Shown: in pieces, positions 1-9,962 of the stretch
Layout: every line of letters starts with the position of its first letter
Position numbering within the stretch: position 1 is the stretch's first letter
DNA from: Azolla caroliniana
Lineage: Eukaryota; Plantae; Polypodiophyta
Assembly (NCBI GenBank): GCA_043228905.1
Contig: JBHGNT010000020.1
Span: 4,898,001 to 4,962,000 of the forward strand
Direction: 5' to 3'
DNA: 64,000 nt
Notes under the pieces: generated by a model
Database searches by the model: none
Told to the model about the DNA's origin: nothing
Seen by the model: only the letters and a program-made list of their open reading frames with translations
Position numbers and translations under genes: made by a program

Positions 1-16
1 CAACTCGGTCACTCAC

Positions 17-3000
17 ATGATGAATGGTATGCATAAAGTTCTCCGAGATTTTATTCCTCACATAACCATGCCTTTCTTGGATGATATACCCATTAAAGGA
101 TGCGAGGAAAGAATGAAGAATGAAGAATTGGATAGTGGTAGATGTCGGAAGTTCTTCTGGGATCACGTAGAAGATTGTGATAAAGTGCTTTCAAGACTAG
201 AGGAGGTACACCTAACACTTTTGGCTCGAAAATCAATATTTGGGGTTCAAGAAGTACTAGTGGTAGGACATATGTGTGGGCCATACGGAAGGAAGCCAGC
301 ACCAGCGAAGATCAATGCAATACAGAATACGAAAGAGGAATGCAACTCTGTATTTGAAGTTCGGAGGTTCTTGGGTGCATGTTGTGTCTTCTATTGTAGG
401 TGGATTCCACATTATGCCCACATATCAGATCCATTGTATCGACTATTAAGAAAAGGGGAAGCATTCAAATGGACAGAAGAACACTCAAATGCAATTAGAA
501 GACTGAAGGAGAATTTGGCACAAGCTCCTACTTTGAAACAACCTGACTACACCCGACTGATAATCCTCACAGTTGATTAAAGTCCGATTGGAATCGGGTG
601 GGTGATAAGCCAACAAGATAAGGAAGGAGAAAGACATCCGATTCGATTTGGTGCGAAGGTACTTAGTGGACGTCAGGGAAATTACGCGCAAGTGAAGAGA
701 GAGCTTTGGGGGATAGTCATTGCTATCAAGACGGATAGGGACTATCTGGTTGGTGCTGAGGTGATTGTGGAGACAGATTGCTTGCTAGTTCTTGGGATTA
801 TTGCAAATTGTAATATTCCAGACCAAGCAATGCTTAGGTGATGTGTCTACATCAAAACCATCAACCCAGATGTTCGACATATATATGGTGAGAAGAATCC
901 AATGGCTATAATGTTATCCAGAGCGAAATATTGAAAAGAGGAAGTAGCAGAATCAGATAGCCATGAAGAAGAATAAGCTTTAGTCATAAATGCAATTAGA
1001 GGGGGTGAGCAACATGAAGAATATGAGTTTAAAGAAGAAAAGTATAACGAAGAGTTTAAGGAAATCGAGAAGTATCTACAAGCACCATGGAAGGAAGGAA
1101 CTTGGAGTCGGAGAAACTTCTCAAATTTCCGAAAGAAGGCACACCGATTTTTTTTGCATCAAGGTTACTTTTGGAAGCACCCAGAGTATAAAATGGGAAA
1201 TCCACATCAGGTTATCTGTGACCAAGTGTAGCGGGAGCAAATATTAAAGGAATTACATGACAGGGAGTGGGCTGGACACCGTGGAGTCTAGGCAACATTC
1301 AGTAAAATAAAGGAAAGATATTGGTCGCCAAGATTCTACAACGAAATCATGAGGTATGTTGAGACATGCCCAACCTGTCAAATCTACTCCAACATTAAGC
1401 ATAGAGATGAGTTGCACCCGACCTATTCACCGACTATACATTACAAGTTGAAAGACCTTACAAATCAAGTTGAAGGAAGAGCACTAAGATCGAAGACCAC
1501 ATCGGTAGTATTTCAATTCATATTGGAGGATATAGTATGTAGATATGGGTGTATAGGAAAGATAGTGGTTGATAGAGGCGAGCTCAATTCTGATGAAGCA
1601 AGACAGTGCTTTGATAGAATTAGAATTCGGTTATCATTGACGATGGCATATAATCTTGAGGCAAATGGAAAGATAGAAAGAGATCATAGCCAGATAGTTA
1701 AAGCACTTGCAAAGGCATGTAAAGGTAAAGTAGGTAATTGGCCGAAGGTCTTGCCATATGCATTGTGGGCGGATAGGACCACACAGAGTTCGGTGATAGG
1801 ATATACGCTGATAGAGCTCATGATAGGACAAAGGCCGATGATGCCGATTGAAGAGAAGATTGGTACATGGGCAATGTTATCATGGGAGTTAGAGATGAGT
1901 AGAGAAAACTTGCTAGTTGTTCGTATCCGACAACCACAATGTCAAGCAGAAGATGTAGAAAAGGCTACTGAGAAATTGAAGGAAGCTCGGATAAAGAACA
2001 AAGCAAGATTTGACAAAGTAAACAGATTAAGACCACGAAAGATTCAAGAAGGAGATTGGGTGTTGGTACTGGATAGTAGCCTTGAGAACCAGTACAGTAC
2101 AATGAGGAAGTTCACAAAACGGTGGTTTGGGCCTTATGAAGTACAGAAGGTGACTAAGAAGGCTACCTACTGTCCGGAACTCAACGCTCCTTATGTCCAA
2201 CGCTCGGCCACAACCGAGCTTCTTTTCATACGCAGAAAACGGGAAACAAATGCACGACACAAAGGAGAGAAAATACACAGGAGGTTTACGTGGAAAACCC
2301 CAAACTAGGGGAAAAACCACGGCAGCCCACAGGTTGCAAACTGTCACTATGTAAGAATGTACAAACAGCGAGTTCACGGAGGCAACGACCTCGTGCTCAC
2401 GATCTTCGCCACAGGCGGCGGTTACCATAGAGGCAACGACCTCGTTCTCTCTCTCTCTCTCTGTACAGTTACGCACATTGATCTCGTGCAAAACAGAAAA
2501 TAACAACAACAACAAAAAAGAATTGCCCTAAGTCATATTTATACTAATATGACTTTTCGGCTATTTACAAATATAGCCTCGATGAACTCTCAGAAAACAT
2601 ATTTACGAATATGTCTCTTCATCCGGTTCATACAGGGTCTGCACCATTCGGCTCTCCGTAGCCGGGTACTCCTCATTCGGTCTTCACCGGGTCTGTATCA
2701 TCCGGCTCCGGAGAGTCGGGTCCTCCTCATCCGGTCTTCACCGGGTCTGTATCATCCGGCTCTCCGTAGCCGGGTCCTCCTCATCCGGTTTCGGCACTGT
2801 TCATCGGCACTGTTCATCGGCACTGTTCTTCTCCCTTCCCATCCGGAGGGACCTGTCTCCCAACAAACTCCCCCTTCACTCCGGCATGGGGTGTCTTACC
2901 AATCCGATCCTCTTCCAGCATGCGTCCAGCTTGTCGGGTGTCAGCGCTTTGGTTAGCATATCTGACCCGTTCTCGGCCGTGTTGATCTTCGTCAGTGCGA

Positions 3001-3500
3001 ACTCCTGGTCATCTACTCTTTCCCGGATCCAGTGATACCTCCGCTAGATATGCTTCATCCGGGAATGGTAGGCCGCATTCTTAGCAAGGTGGATGGCACA
3101 TTGACTGTCGCAATAGAGTCGGTATTCCTCTTGCCGTATACCGAGCTCTCCGATGAAGTCCTTCATCCATAAAATTTCCTTGCCGGCTTCCACAGCTGCC
3201 ATGTACTCCGCCTCCATGGTTGACAATGCAACTGTCTTCTGCAGCCTCGACTGCCACAAAACAGCTCCCCCTGCATATGTCATTACATACCCGGATATAG
3301 ACCGGCTGGTATCCACATCAACCGACATGTTCATCAGCACTGTTCTTCTCCCTTCCCATCCGGAGGGACCTGTCTCCCAACACCTACTACCTGAACGAGT
3401 TGGATGGGACTCAGATCTAGACACCAATTGCGGGAAAAAGAATAAAGATTTTTAAAAGAAGAGAATACACCGAACCTAATTTCATAGAAAATGAGGATGA
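17..3500 (+). pseudogene. Gypsy pol (RT-RH-INT) with stops and frameshifts, split by a copia insertion at 2171-3382
   Basis: ORFs 17-580, 602-841 and 1349-2170. The frame resumes after the insert as YLNELDGTQI*TPIAGKRIKIFKRR (integrase C-terminus). Confidence 0.85.
2171..3382 (-). mobile_element. Internally deleted Ty1/copia: full 3' LTR 2171-2865, PPT, RNaseH C-terminus, first ~55 bp of the 5' LTR
   Basis: TSD CCTAC at 2166-2170 and 3383-3387; TG...CA ends; PPT (reverse complement AACTCCCCCTT) 2866-2876; RNaseH ORF 3044-3330 closely similar to the intact copia. Confidence 0.9.
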
Positions 3501-3573
3501 AGAATTTTTCGAAGAGGATCAAATTGAAGTGGTGTGAACTCGCCCACAAGTCTGCAAGTTCAGAGGGGGTGGG

Positions 3574-4276
3574 TGTCGTGAAGTTATTGCTTCATGATGT
3601 CAAAAATCTATAGAAAGAAATTTCCTATATAGATCTTGTGATGAGGAGCATGTGCAAATTTTCAGTTCATGAATTGGAGTTTCAGAGCCCAAGATACAAG
3701 CTTCGGAAGGATTAATCTTACTCGGGACACAAATGTAATTATGTCAAAAGGGGGAGTCAAAATTAAATGAGGGTTATTTCTATAATTTCTCAAACGCACA
3801 ACTACAAAATCGAATTTGTAGAATCAATAAATAAAATAATAGTAAAAAAAAAAAAAAAATACCAACCACCTCAATAGGGTGGTAGGGTGGTTGACCACCC
3901 TATATAAGCCACACCCATTGTGGCTAAAGGGGGAAGAAGGGGAAGAAGGGGAAGAAGAGGAAGGAAAGGCGAGTGAAGAAGCTCACGTGGGTGTGGGATG
4001 CAAAGCCTGCATAAATCAAGACAAGAGTTGAAGAAAAGAAAGGAAATACAAAAAAATGAAGAAGTTGAAGTGGTGTATTTTAGACACCTCTTTGTAAACA
4101 AAAGGTTGTGAGTTCTAATCCTCTTAGAACAACTTCTTTTGGTAATCAAATTTTGTAATATAAATTTAGTATATATATAATGAAACAGAAAGACAAATAA
4201 ATAGAAACGAAAGAGGTTGAAGTGGTCTATCTTAAACGCTTCTTCCCAAATAGAGTTTGTTAATTCAAAGCTTACA
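3574..4276 (+). repeat. Putative 3' LTR of the first gypsy element
   Basis: TG...CA ends, preceded by a purine tract, TATA-like TATATAAG at 3901. Partner LTR not in the window. Confidence 0.6.
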
Positions 4277-4644
4277 CTACGCAAAAGGATCAGAAGGATC
4301 CAAAACCAGTAAGACCAGAAAAGGGAGAACATTTGTGATGAAGCACAAGACGAACTCAATGAAGAAGACCACTTCCGAATCTCAGGTAGTATGGTACGTT
4401 GACTCTGGAGCATCAAACCACATGACAAGCCATGAAGAGTGGTTCTCATTTCTAGAAAAGCTAGAGCAACCAGGAGTTGTCGAAACCCGAGACAACACTC
4501 CTAACTCGATCATGCATGTCAGAGATGTTCCCTTGAGTCATGTTGGACAAAAAGGGAAGCTTATAAATGTGCTTCATGTCCCGAGAATCACAAAAACTTG
4601 GTGTCGGTCGATTAGATCATCGACAATGGGATGCAGGTGCGGTT

Positions 4645-5246
4645 TGTTGGGATTACGGTCCCTTCGGATGGGATGGTCGGATATCGGAGATGAATGCCGA
4701 CAAGCCCGGTTTCGGTTTCGGAACCGGATGATGAAGACCCCGGTTTTGGAGCCGGATGACGAATGTACCCGGAGAGAGATCCGGATGCGGGGACATATCT
4801 GTGAATATGTTTGCCAAGGGCCCTTGAGGCTATAGTTGTAAATAGCCCCAAAGTCATATGTGTATAAATATGACTTAGGGCAAACAGTTTTAATGTTGCT
4901 TATCATTTTTCTGTTTTTCCACTCAAGAGGAGTGAAGTGAGAGCAGCCGTGAGAGAGATAGAGCGTGAGAGAGGAAGAGGTCGACGCCTCTGTGTATTTC
5001 CGCCGCCTGTGGCGAGGACAGCGAGCTCAAGGTCGTCGCCTTGCAGCTCGCCATTGTATACTTCTCTGTGCATAGTTTTGGTTCGGAGTCTTGTACTCCC
5101 GTGGTTTTTCTCGTACAGGGTTTTCCACGTTAAATCGTGTGTCCTCTCTATTTTTTCGCATTTCCTATTTTCTGCAACAACGATTCGTGTGTTTCCTTGG
5201 TTGTGGCCGAGAGGTGAAGTTCAGAAAGTGTGGATCATTTCCATCA
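4645..5246 (+). repeat. 5' LTR of the intact copia
   Basis: TGTTGG...CCATCA; direct repeat of 9361-9962; TATA box TATAAATA near 4864. Confidence 0.97.
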
Positions 5247-5249
5247 ATT

Positions 5250-5261
5250 TGGTATCAGAGC
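5250..5261 (+). promoter_or_regulatory. Primer-binding site, tRNA-iMet
   Basis: TGGTATCAGAGC, 3 nt after the LTR. Confidence 0.95.
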
Positions 5262-5276
5262 GGGCTGCTGCAGAAA

Positions 5277-8200
5277 ATGGAAGGCGGCGGCAACGGGCAG
5301 CCGGGGATGATGGTGCTGAATGCGCAGAATTACGCCGACTGGAAGATCAAGATGGAGGATCTTCTGATTGTTCGGGACCTGTACGAACCGATTGACAGGT
5401 CGGAAATACCGAAGGGAGTACTTGAGTCGGAATGGAGGCTTCTGAACCGGAAAGCCGTTGCAACCATTCGGCAATACGTAGACGTGAGCGTTCTACAACA
5501 TGTGGCGAACGACATCAACGCATATGAGATGTGGCGGAAGCTGTCGGGCCTCTACGAGAGGAAGAATGCGTTGAACCGGACCTCCCTGATGAGGAAGATA
5601 GTGAACCTCAAGTACCGGGACGGCGAGAGTATGGTGGAACACGTAAGCACGTTCATGGGATTCGTGAACCAGCTTGCGGCGATCAAGTTCCCGCTGGAGG
5701 ATGCAATGCAAGCCATCATTCTGATGTGTACATTGCCGGAAAGCTGGGAGAACTTGGTGGTGACTCTCAGCACCTCCTGCACGGAAGATAACTTGTCCCT
5801 ACAAACGGTAAAGACAAGTATTTTGAACGAAGAAGCGCGTCAGAGAGATAAAGAACCGGCCTCCGACTCGAAGGCGCTGCGTACCGAATCGGAACGGGGA
5901 AGACAATGGAACCGGAGTCCGCAAAGACGGGAGAAGTCGGGGACCCGGTCGCAGTCAAGAGGAAGACCCACATGCTTCCACTGTGGGAAGCCGGGGCACT
6001 TCCGGAAGAATTGTCGGCATTACCGAAAGGACAACGGAGCCGACGACACCGATTTGAAGAAATCACCGGAGAGAAACGGTGCATACCGGGGAGCCACGGA
6101 CCGGAGAGGTCCGGATCGGCGAGGGCAGGACAGGAAAGGAACGACGGCACTCGCGGCAAGTGAGGAAGAAATCATGCTCATCACCGAAGAAGGTGAACTA
6201 AACATTGCCGGCGATGAGACGACCTGGGTGGTCGATTCCGGAGCGTCGTTCCACCTGACCCCGGAAAGAAGATACTTCTCATCCTACACAGCCGGTGAAC
6301 ATGGCTGTGTTCGGATGGGAAATGAAGGTACGTGCCGGATTGCCGGCATAGGAGACGTGTGGTTGACAACCTCGACCGGATGCAAAATGCTGCTGAAGGA
6401 TGTCCGACACGTTCCGGAGGTTCGACTGAACCTGATTTCGGCCGGGAGGCTAGACGATGAAGGCTACACAGGTAGCATCCGGAACGGCGTAATGAAGTTC
6501 AGCAAGGGGAGCCTGATAGTGGCTTGGGCCCGGAAAGACAACACACTGTATCTGATGAATGCCCGGTTATGTCCGGAAGAGCTGAATGTGGCAGCCGACA
6601 CTGCCGGTGAGCTGTGGCACAAAAGACTGTGCCACATGAGTGAGAAGGGGATGAAGAGGCTTGCAGAAGACAACCTTATTCCAGTGAAGCATGTGCACCT
6701 GGAGAAGTGCACCGATTGCCTGGCCGGTAAGCAGAACCGAACCTCCTTCCATTCAAGGCCACCGACGAGACGTAGCGCACCATTGGAGTTGGTGCACACT
6801 GATGTGTGTCAGGTAGAAACGAAGTCACATGGCGGAGCCCAGTACTTCGTAACATTCATTGATGATCACAGCCGGAAGCTATGGACGGCACCGTTGAAGA
6901 CAAAGGACCAAGTGTTGTGCGTCTTCAAAGAACTCCACGCGAGAGTGGAAAGGGAATCCGGCAAGAAGCTGAAAGCGATACGAGCGGATAACGGAGGGGA
7001 ATACCGGGGGCAGTTCGCGGAGTACTGTCGCTCGAAGGGAATCCGGCTCGAGTTTACTGTGCCGAAGACGCCGGAACTGAACGGGCTGGCCGAGAGGATG
7101 AACCGGACCATAATGGAGAGGGTCCGGAGTATGCTGGCGCATGCGGAATTACCCAAGGGGTTTTGGGCTGAGGCGATGTCGACGGCGACATACGTGATAA
7201 ACAGATCACCCTCAGTACCTTTGGACGGAGACACGCCGCAGAGAGTGTGGACCGGTAGGGAAGTATCCTACCGGCATTTGAAGGTGTTCGGGTGTCTCGC
7301 ATACGTGCATGTGGCAAAGGACCGGAGAGGAAAGCTAGATCCAAAGACCCGGCCATGCATATTCCTCGGTTACGGCGATGACGAGTTCGGCTACCGAGTA
7401 TGGGACCCGGTCGACAAGAAGATATTCCGGAGTCGTGATATCATCTTCATGGAGAACAAGACACTCGCCGACTGGGAGTCGGAGAAGAAGATGAAGAGCT
7501 CCAAGTCGACCGGTGAGGATCAACTCTACAAGGAGCAGTCCCGACCGGCAAGGGACCGGTTAGCACTCGAGGATCCGGCCGAAGACGGTGAAGAATCAGA
7601 ACCGGCCGAAGAAGATGAAAATGATACCGAAACCGGCCCCGATCCCGAAATGGATTCGGATGAAGAAGAATCGGAAGAACCGGTTACCGAAGCTCCGGAA
7701 CGGAGATATCCTCTAAGAGAGAGAAGGCCCCCCCGGAGATTTCCGGAACCAGAGCACGTGCTGCTAACCGACGAGGGGGAGCCGGAGAGTGTTGAAGAAG
7801 CAAAGCATGACACCCAGAGCCGCAGGTGGTTGAGTGCCATGCAGGACGAGATAGATTCCCTGCATGAGAACCACACATATGAACTTGTGGAGTTGCCGAA
7901 AGGAAAGCGGGCACTTCGAAACAAGTGGGTGTTCAAGCTGAAACCGGGAGATGCCGGAAACCCCCCGAGATACAAAGTCAGGATCGTGGTGAAGGGGTTT
8001 CAGCAGAAGAAGGGCGTCGACTTCGACGAGATATTTGCCCCGGTAGTGAAGATGACCTCCATCCGGACGGTGCTGAGCATAGCGGCAAGCATGGACCTCG
8101 AGGTAGAACAGATGGACGTGAAGACGGCATTCCTTCACGGTGACCTCGAAGAAGAGATCTACATGCAGCAACCGGAAGGATTCGAGAAGAAAGGGAAGGA

Positions 8201-9350
8201 GCACCTGGTATGCCGGTTGAAGAAGAGCCTTTACGGATTGAAGCAGGCTCCCCGGCAATGGTACCGGAAGTTCGACTCCTTCATGACCGACGAAGGGTAC
8301 CTCAAAACGCAGTCCGACCACTGCGTGTTTGTGAAGAAGTTCGAAGGAGGAGACTTTCTAATACTCCTCCTGTATGTGGACGACATGTTGATCGTCGGAC
8401 GGGACCAGGTCAAGATACGGATGCTGAAGAAGGCTCTTCACCGAACCTTCTCAATGAAGGACTTGGGTCCGGCGAGACAAATACTAGGGATGCACATCAT
8501 CCGGGACCGGAGCAAGAAGCAGTTGTGGCTGTCACAGGAGAAGTACGTGACAAAGGTGCTTAAACGGTTCAACATGTCGGAAGCAAGACCGGTCGGATCG
8601 ACCCTCCCGGCAAACTGCAAGCTGTCCAGCAAGCAAAGCCCCAAGACAAAGGCTGAGAAGGAGGACATGATGAAAGTGCCATATGCCTCTGCCGTCGGAA
8701 GCTTGATGTACGCAATGGTGTGTACAAGACCGGACATTGGATACGCAGTCGGAGTGGTGAGCCGGTACATGAGCAATCCCGGCAAAGAGCATTGGAACGC
8801 TGCCAAGTGGATACTCCGATACCTGAAGGGCACGGCAAACGTGTGCCTCCGATTCGGCTCCGGTAAGCCCGAACTCGATGGCTTCACCGATTCGGATATG
8901 TCGGCTGATGCAGATACCAGCCGGTCCACATCAGGGTATGTGATGACGTATGCAGGGGGAGCTGTTTCATGGCAGTCGAGGCTGCAGAAGACGGTTGCGT
9001 TGTCAACCACGGAGGCGGAGTACATGGCGGTTGTTGAAGCCGGCAAGGAAATAATATGGATGAAGGACTTCACTAGAGAGCTCGGTATCCGGCAGGAGGA
9101 GTACCGACTCTACTGCGACAGTCAGAGTGCAATCCACCTTGCAAAGAACGCGGCCTATCACTCCCGGACGAAGCACATCCAGCGAAGATATCATTGGATC
9201 CGGGAAAGGATAGAAGACAAGGAGTTCGTGCTGACGAAGGTCCACACGGACGAGAACGGGTCGGATATGCTGACCAAGGTACTCACACCCGACAAGCTGG
9301 AAGCATGCCGGAAGAGGATCGGATTGGAGAGACATCCCATGCCGAAGTGA
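5277..9350 (+). CDS. Copia Gag-Pol polyprotein, 1357 aa (Gag, zinc knuckle, protease, integrase, RT, RNase H)
   Basis: First ATG after the PBS. Motifs CFHCGKPGHFRKNC, VVDSGAS, LWHKRLCH..CTDC, DNGGEY, LYVDDML, KHIQRRYH in copia order PR-INT-RT-RH. Confidence 0.96.
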   Translation: MEGGGNGQPGMMVLNAQNYADWKIKMEDLLIVRDLYEPIDRSEIPKGVLESEWRLLNRKAVATIRQYVDVSVLQHVANDINAYEMWRKLSGLYERKNALNRTSLMRKIVNLKYRDGESMVEHVSTFMGFVNQLAAIKFPLEDAMQAIILMCTLPESWENLVVTLSTSCTEDNLSLQTVKTSILNEEARQRDKEPASDSKALRTESERGRQWNRSPQRREKSGTRSQSRGRPTCFHCGKPGHFRKNCRHYRKDNGADDTDLKKSPERNGAYRGATDRRGPDRRGQDRKGTTALAASEEEIMLITEEGELNIAGDETTWVVDSGASFHLTPERRYFSSYTAGEHGCVRMGNEGTCRIAGIGDVWLTTSTGCKMLLKDVRHVPEVRLNLISAGRLDDEGYTGSIRNGVMKFSKGSLIVAWARKDNTLYLMNARLCPEELNVAADTAGELWHKRLCHMSEKGMKRLAEDNLIPVKHVHLEKCTDCLAGKQNRTSFHSRPPTRRSAPLELVHTDVCQVETKSHGGAQYFVTFIDDHSRKLWTAPLKTKDQVLCVFKELHARVERESGKKLKAIRADNGGEYRGQFAEYCRSKGIRLEFTVPKTPELNGLAERMNRTIMERVRSMLAHAELPKGFWAEAMSTATYVINRSPSVPLDGDTPQRVWTGREVSYRHLKVFGCLAYVHVAKDRRGKLDPKTRPCIFLGYGDDEFGYRVWDPVDKKIFRSRDIIFMENKTLADWESEKKMKSSKSTGEDQLYKEQSRPARDRLALEDPAEDGEESEPAEEDENDTETGPDPEMDSDEEESEEPVTEAPERRYPLRERRPPRRFPEPEHVLLTDEGEPESVEEAKHDTQSRRWLSAMQDEIDSLHENHTYELVELPKGKRALRNKWVFKLKPGDAGNPPRYKVRIVVKGFQQKKGVDFDEIFAPVVKMTSIRTVLSIAASMDLEVEQMDVKTAFLHGDLEEEIYMQQPEGFEKKGKEHLVCRLKKSLYGLKQAPRQWYRKFDSFMTDEGYLKTQSDHCVFVKKFEGGDFLILLLYVDDMLIVGRDQVKIRMLKKALHRTFSMKDLGPARQILGMHIIRDRSKKQLWLSQEKYVTKVLKRFNMSEARPVGSTLPANCKLSSKQSPKTKAEKEDMMKVPYASAVGSLMYAMVCTRPDIGYAVGVVSRYMSNPGKEHWNAAKWILRYLKGTANVCLRFGSGKPELDGFTDSDMSADADTSRSTSGYVMTYAGGAVSWQSRLQKTVALSTTEAEYMAVVEAGKEIIWMKDFTRELGIRQEEYRLYCDSQSAIHLAKNAAYHSRTKHIQRRYHWIRERIEDKEFVLTKVHTDENGSDMLTKVLTPDKLEACRKRIGLERHPMPK

Positions 9351-9358
9351 AGGGGGAG
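9349..9358 (+). promoter_or_regulatory. Polypurine tract, overlapping the pol stop codon
   Basis: GAAGGGGGAG, 2 nt before the 3' LTR. Confidence 0.9.
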
Positions 9359-9360
9359 TT

Positions 9361-9962
9361 TGTTGGGATTACGGTCCCTTTGGATGGGATGGTCGGATAT
9401 CGGAGATGAATGCCGACAAGCCCGGTTTCGGTTTCGGAACCGGATGATGAAGACCCCGGTTTTGGAGCCGGATGACGAATGTACCCGGAGAGAGATCCGG
9501 ATGCGGGGACATATCTGTGAATATGTTTGCCAAGGGCCCTTGAGGCTATAGTTGTAAATAGCCCCAAAGTCATATGTGTATAAATATGACTTAGGGCAAA
9601 CAGTTTTAATGTTGCTTATCATTTTTCTGTTTTTCCACTCAAGAGGAGTGAAGTGAGAGCAGCCGTGAGAGAGATAGAGCGTGAGAGAGGAAGAGGTCGA
9701 CGCCTCTGTGTATTTCCGCCGCCTGTGGCGAGGACAGCGGGCTCAAGGTCGTCGCCTTGCAGCTCGCCATTGTATACTTCTCTGTGCATAGTTTTGGTTC
9801 GGAGTCTTGTACTCCCGTGGTTTTTCCCGTACAGGGTTTTCCACGTTAAATCGTGTGTCCTCTCTATTTTTTCGCATTTCCTATTTTCTGCAACAACGAT
9901 TCGTGTGTTTCCTTGGTTGTGGCCGAGAGGTGAAGTTCAGAAAGTGTGGATCATTTCCATCA
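9361..9962 (+). repeat. 3' LTR of the intact copia
   Basis: Direct repeat of 4645-5246. Confidence 0.97.

Larger units (their letters stand above)
1..4276 (+). mobile_element. 3' part of a degenerate Ty3/gypsy LTR retrotransposon (RT-RNaseH-integrase, PPT, 3' LTR); 5' end outside the window
   Basis: RT motif PFLDDIPIKG, RNaseH YAQVKRELWGI, integrase CPTCQ...RFGPY. Purine tract AGAGGGGGTGGG (3562-3573) is followed by TGTCG...CTTACA (3574-4276), after which a different copia sequence resumes. Confidence 0.85.
4645..9962 (+). mobile_element. Intact full-length Ty1/copia LTR retrotransposon (Tnt1/Tto1-like organisation, 5318 bp)
   Basis: Two 602-bp LTRs with 3 differences seen, TSD CGGTT (4640-4644 and 9963-9967), PBS, PPT and an uninterrupted gag-pol ORF. 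Confidence 0.98.

Noticed and set aside
5091-5276. N-terminal 62 aa of the 1419-aa ORF call
   Set aside because: It starts at a non-ATG codon inside the LTR, upstream of the PBS; the likely start is ATG 5277.
5244-9335. Many antisense and alternate-frame ORFs over gag-pol (likewise in the other elements)
   Set aside because: Shadow ORFs of GC-rich coding sequence with no recognisable motifs.
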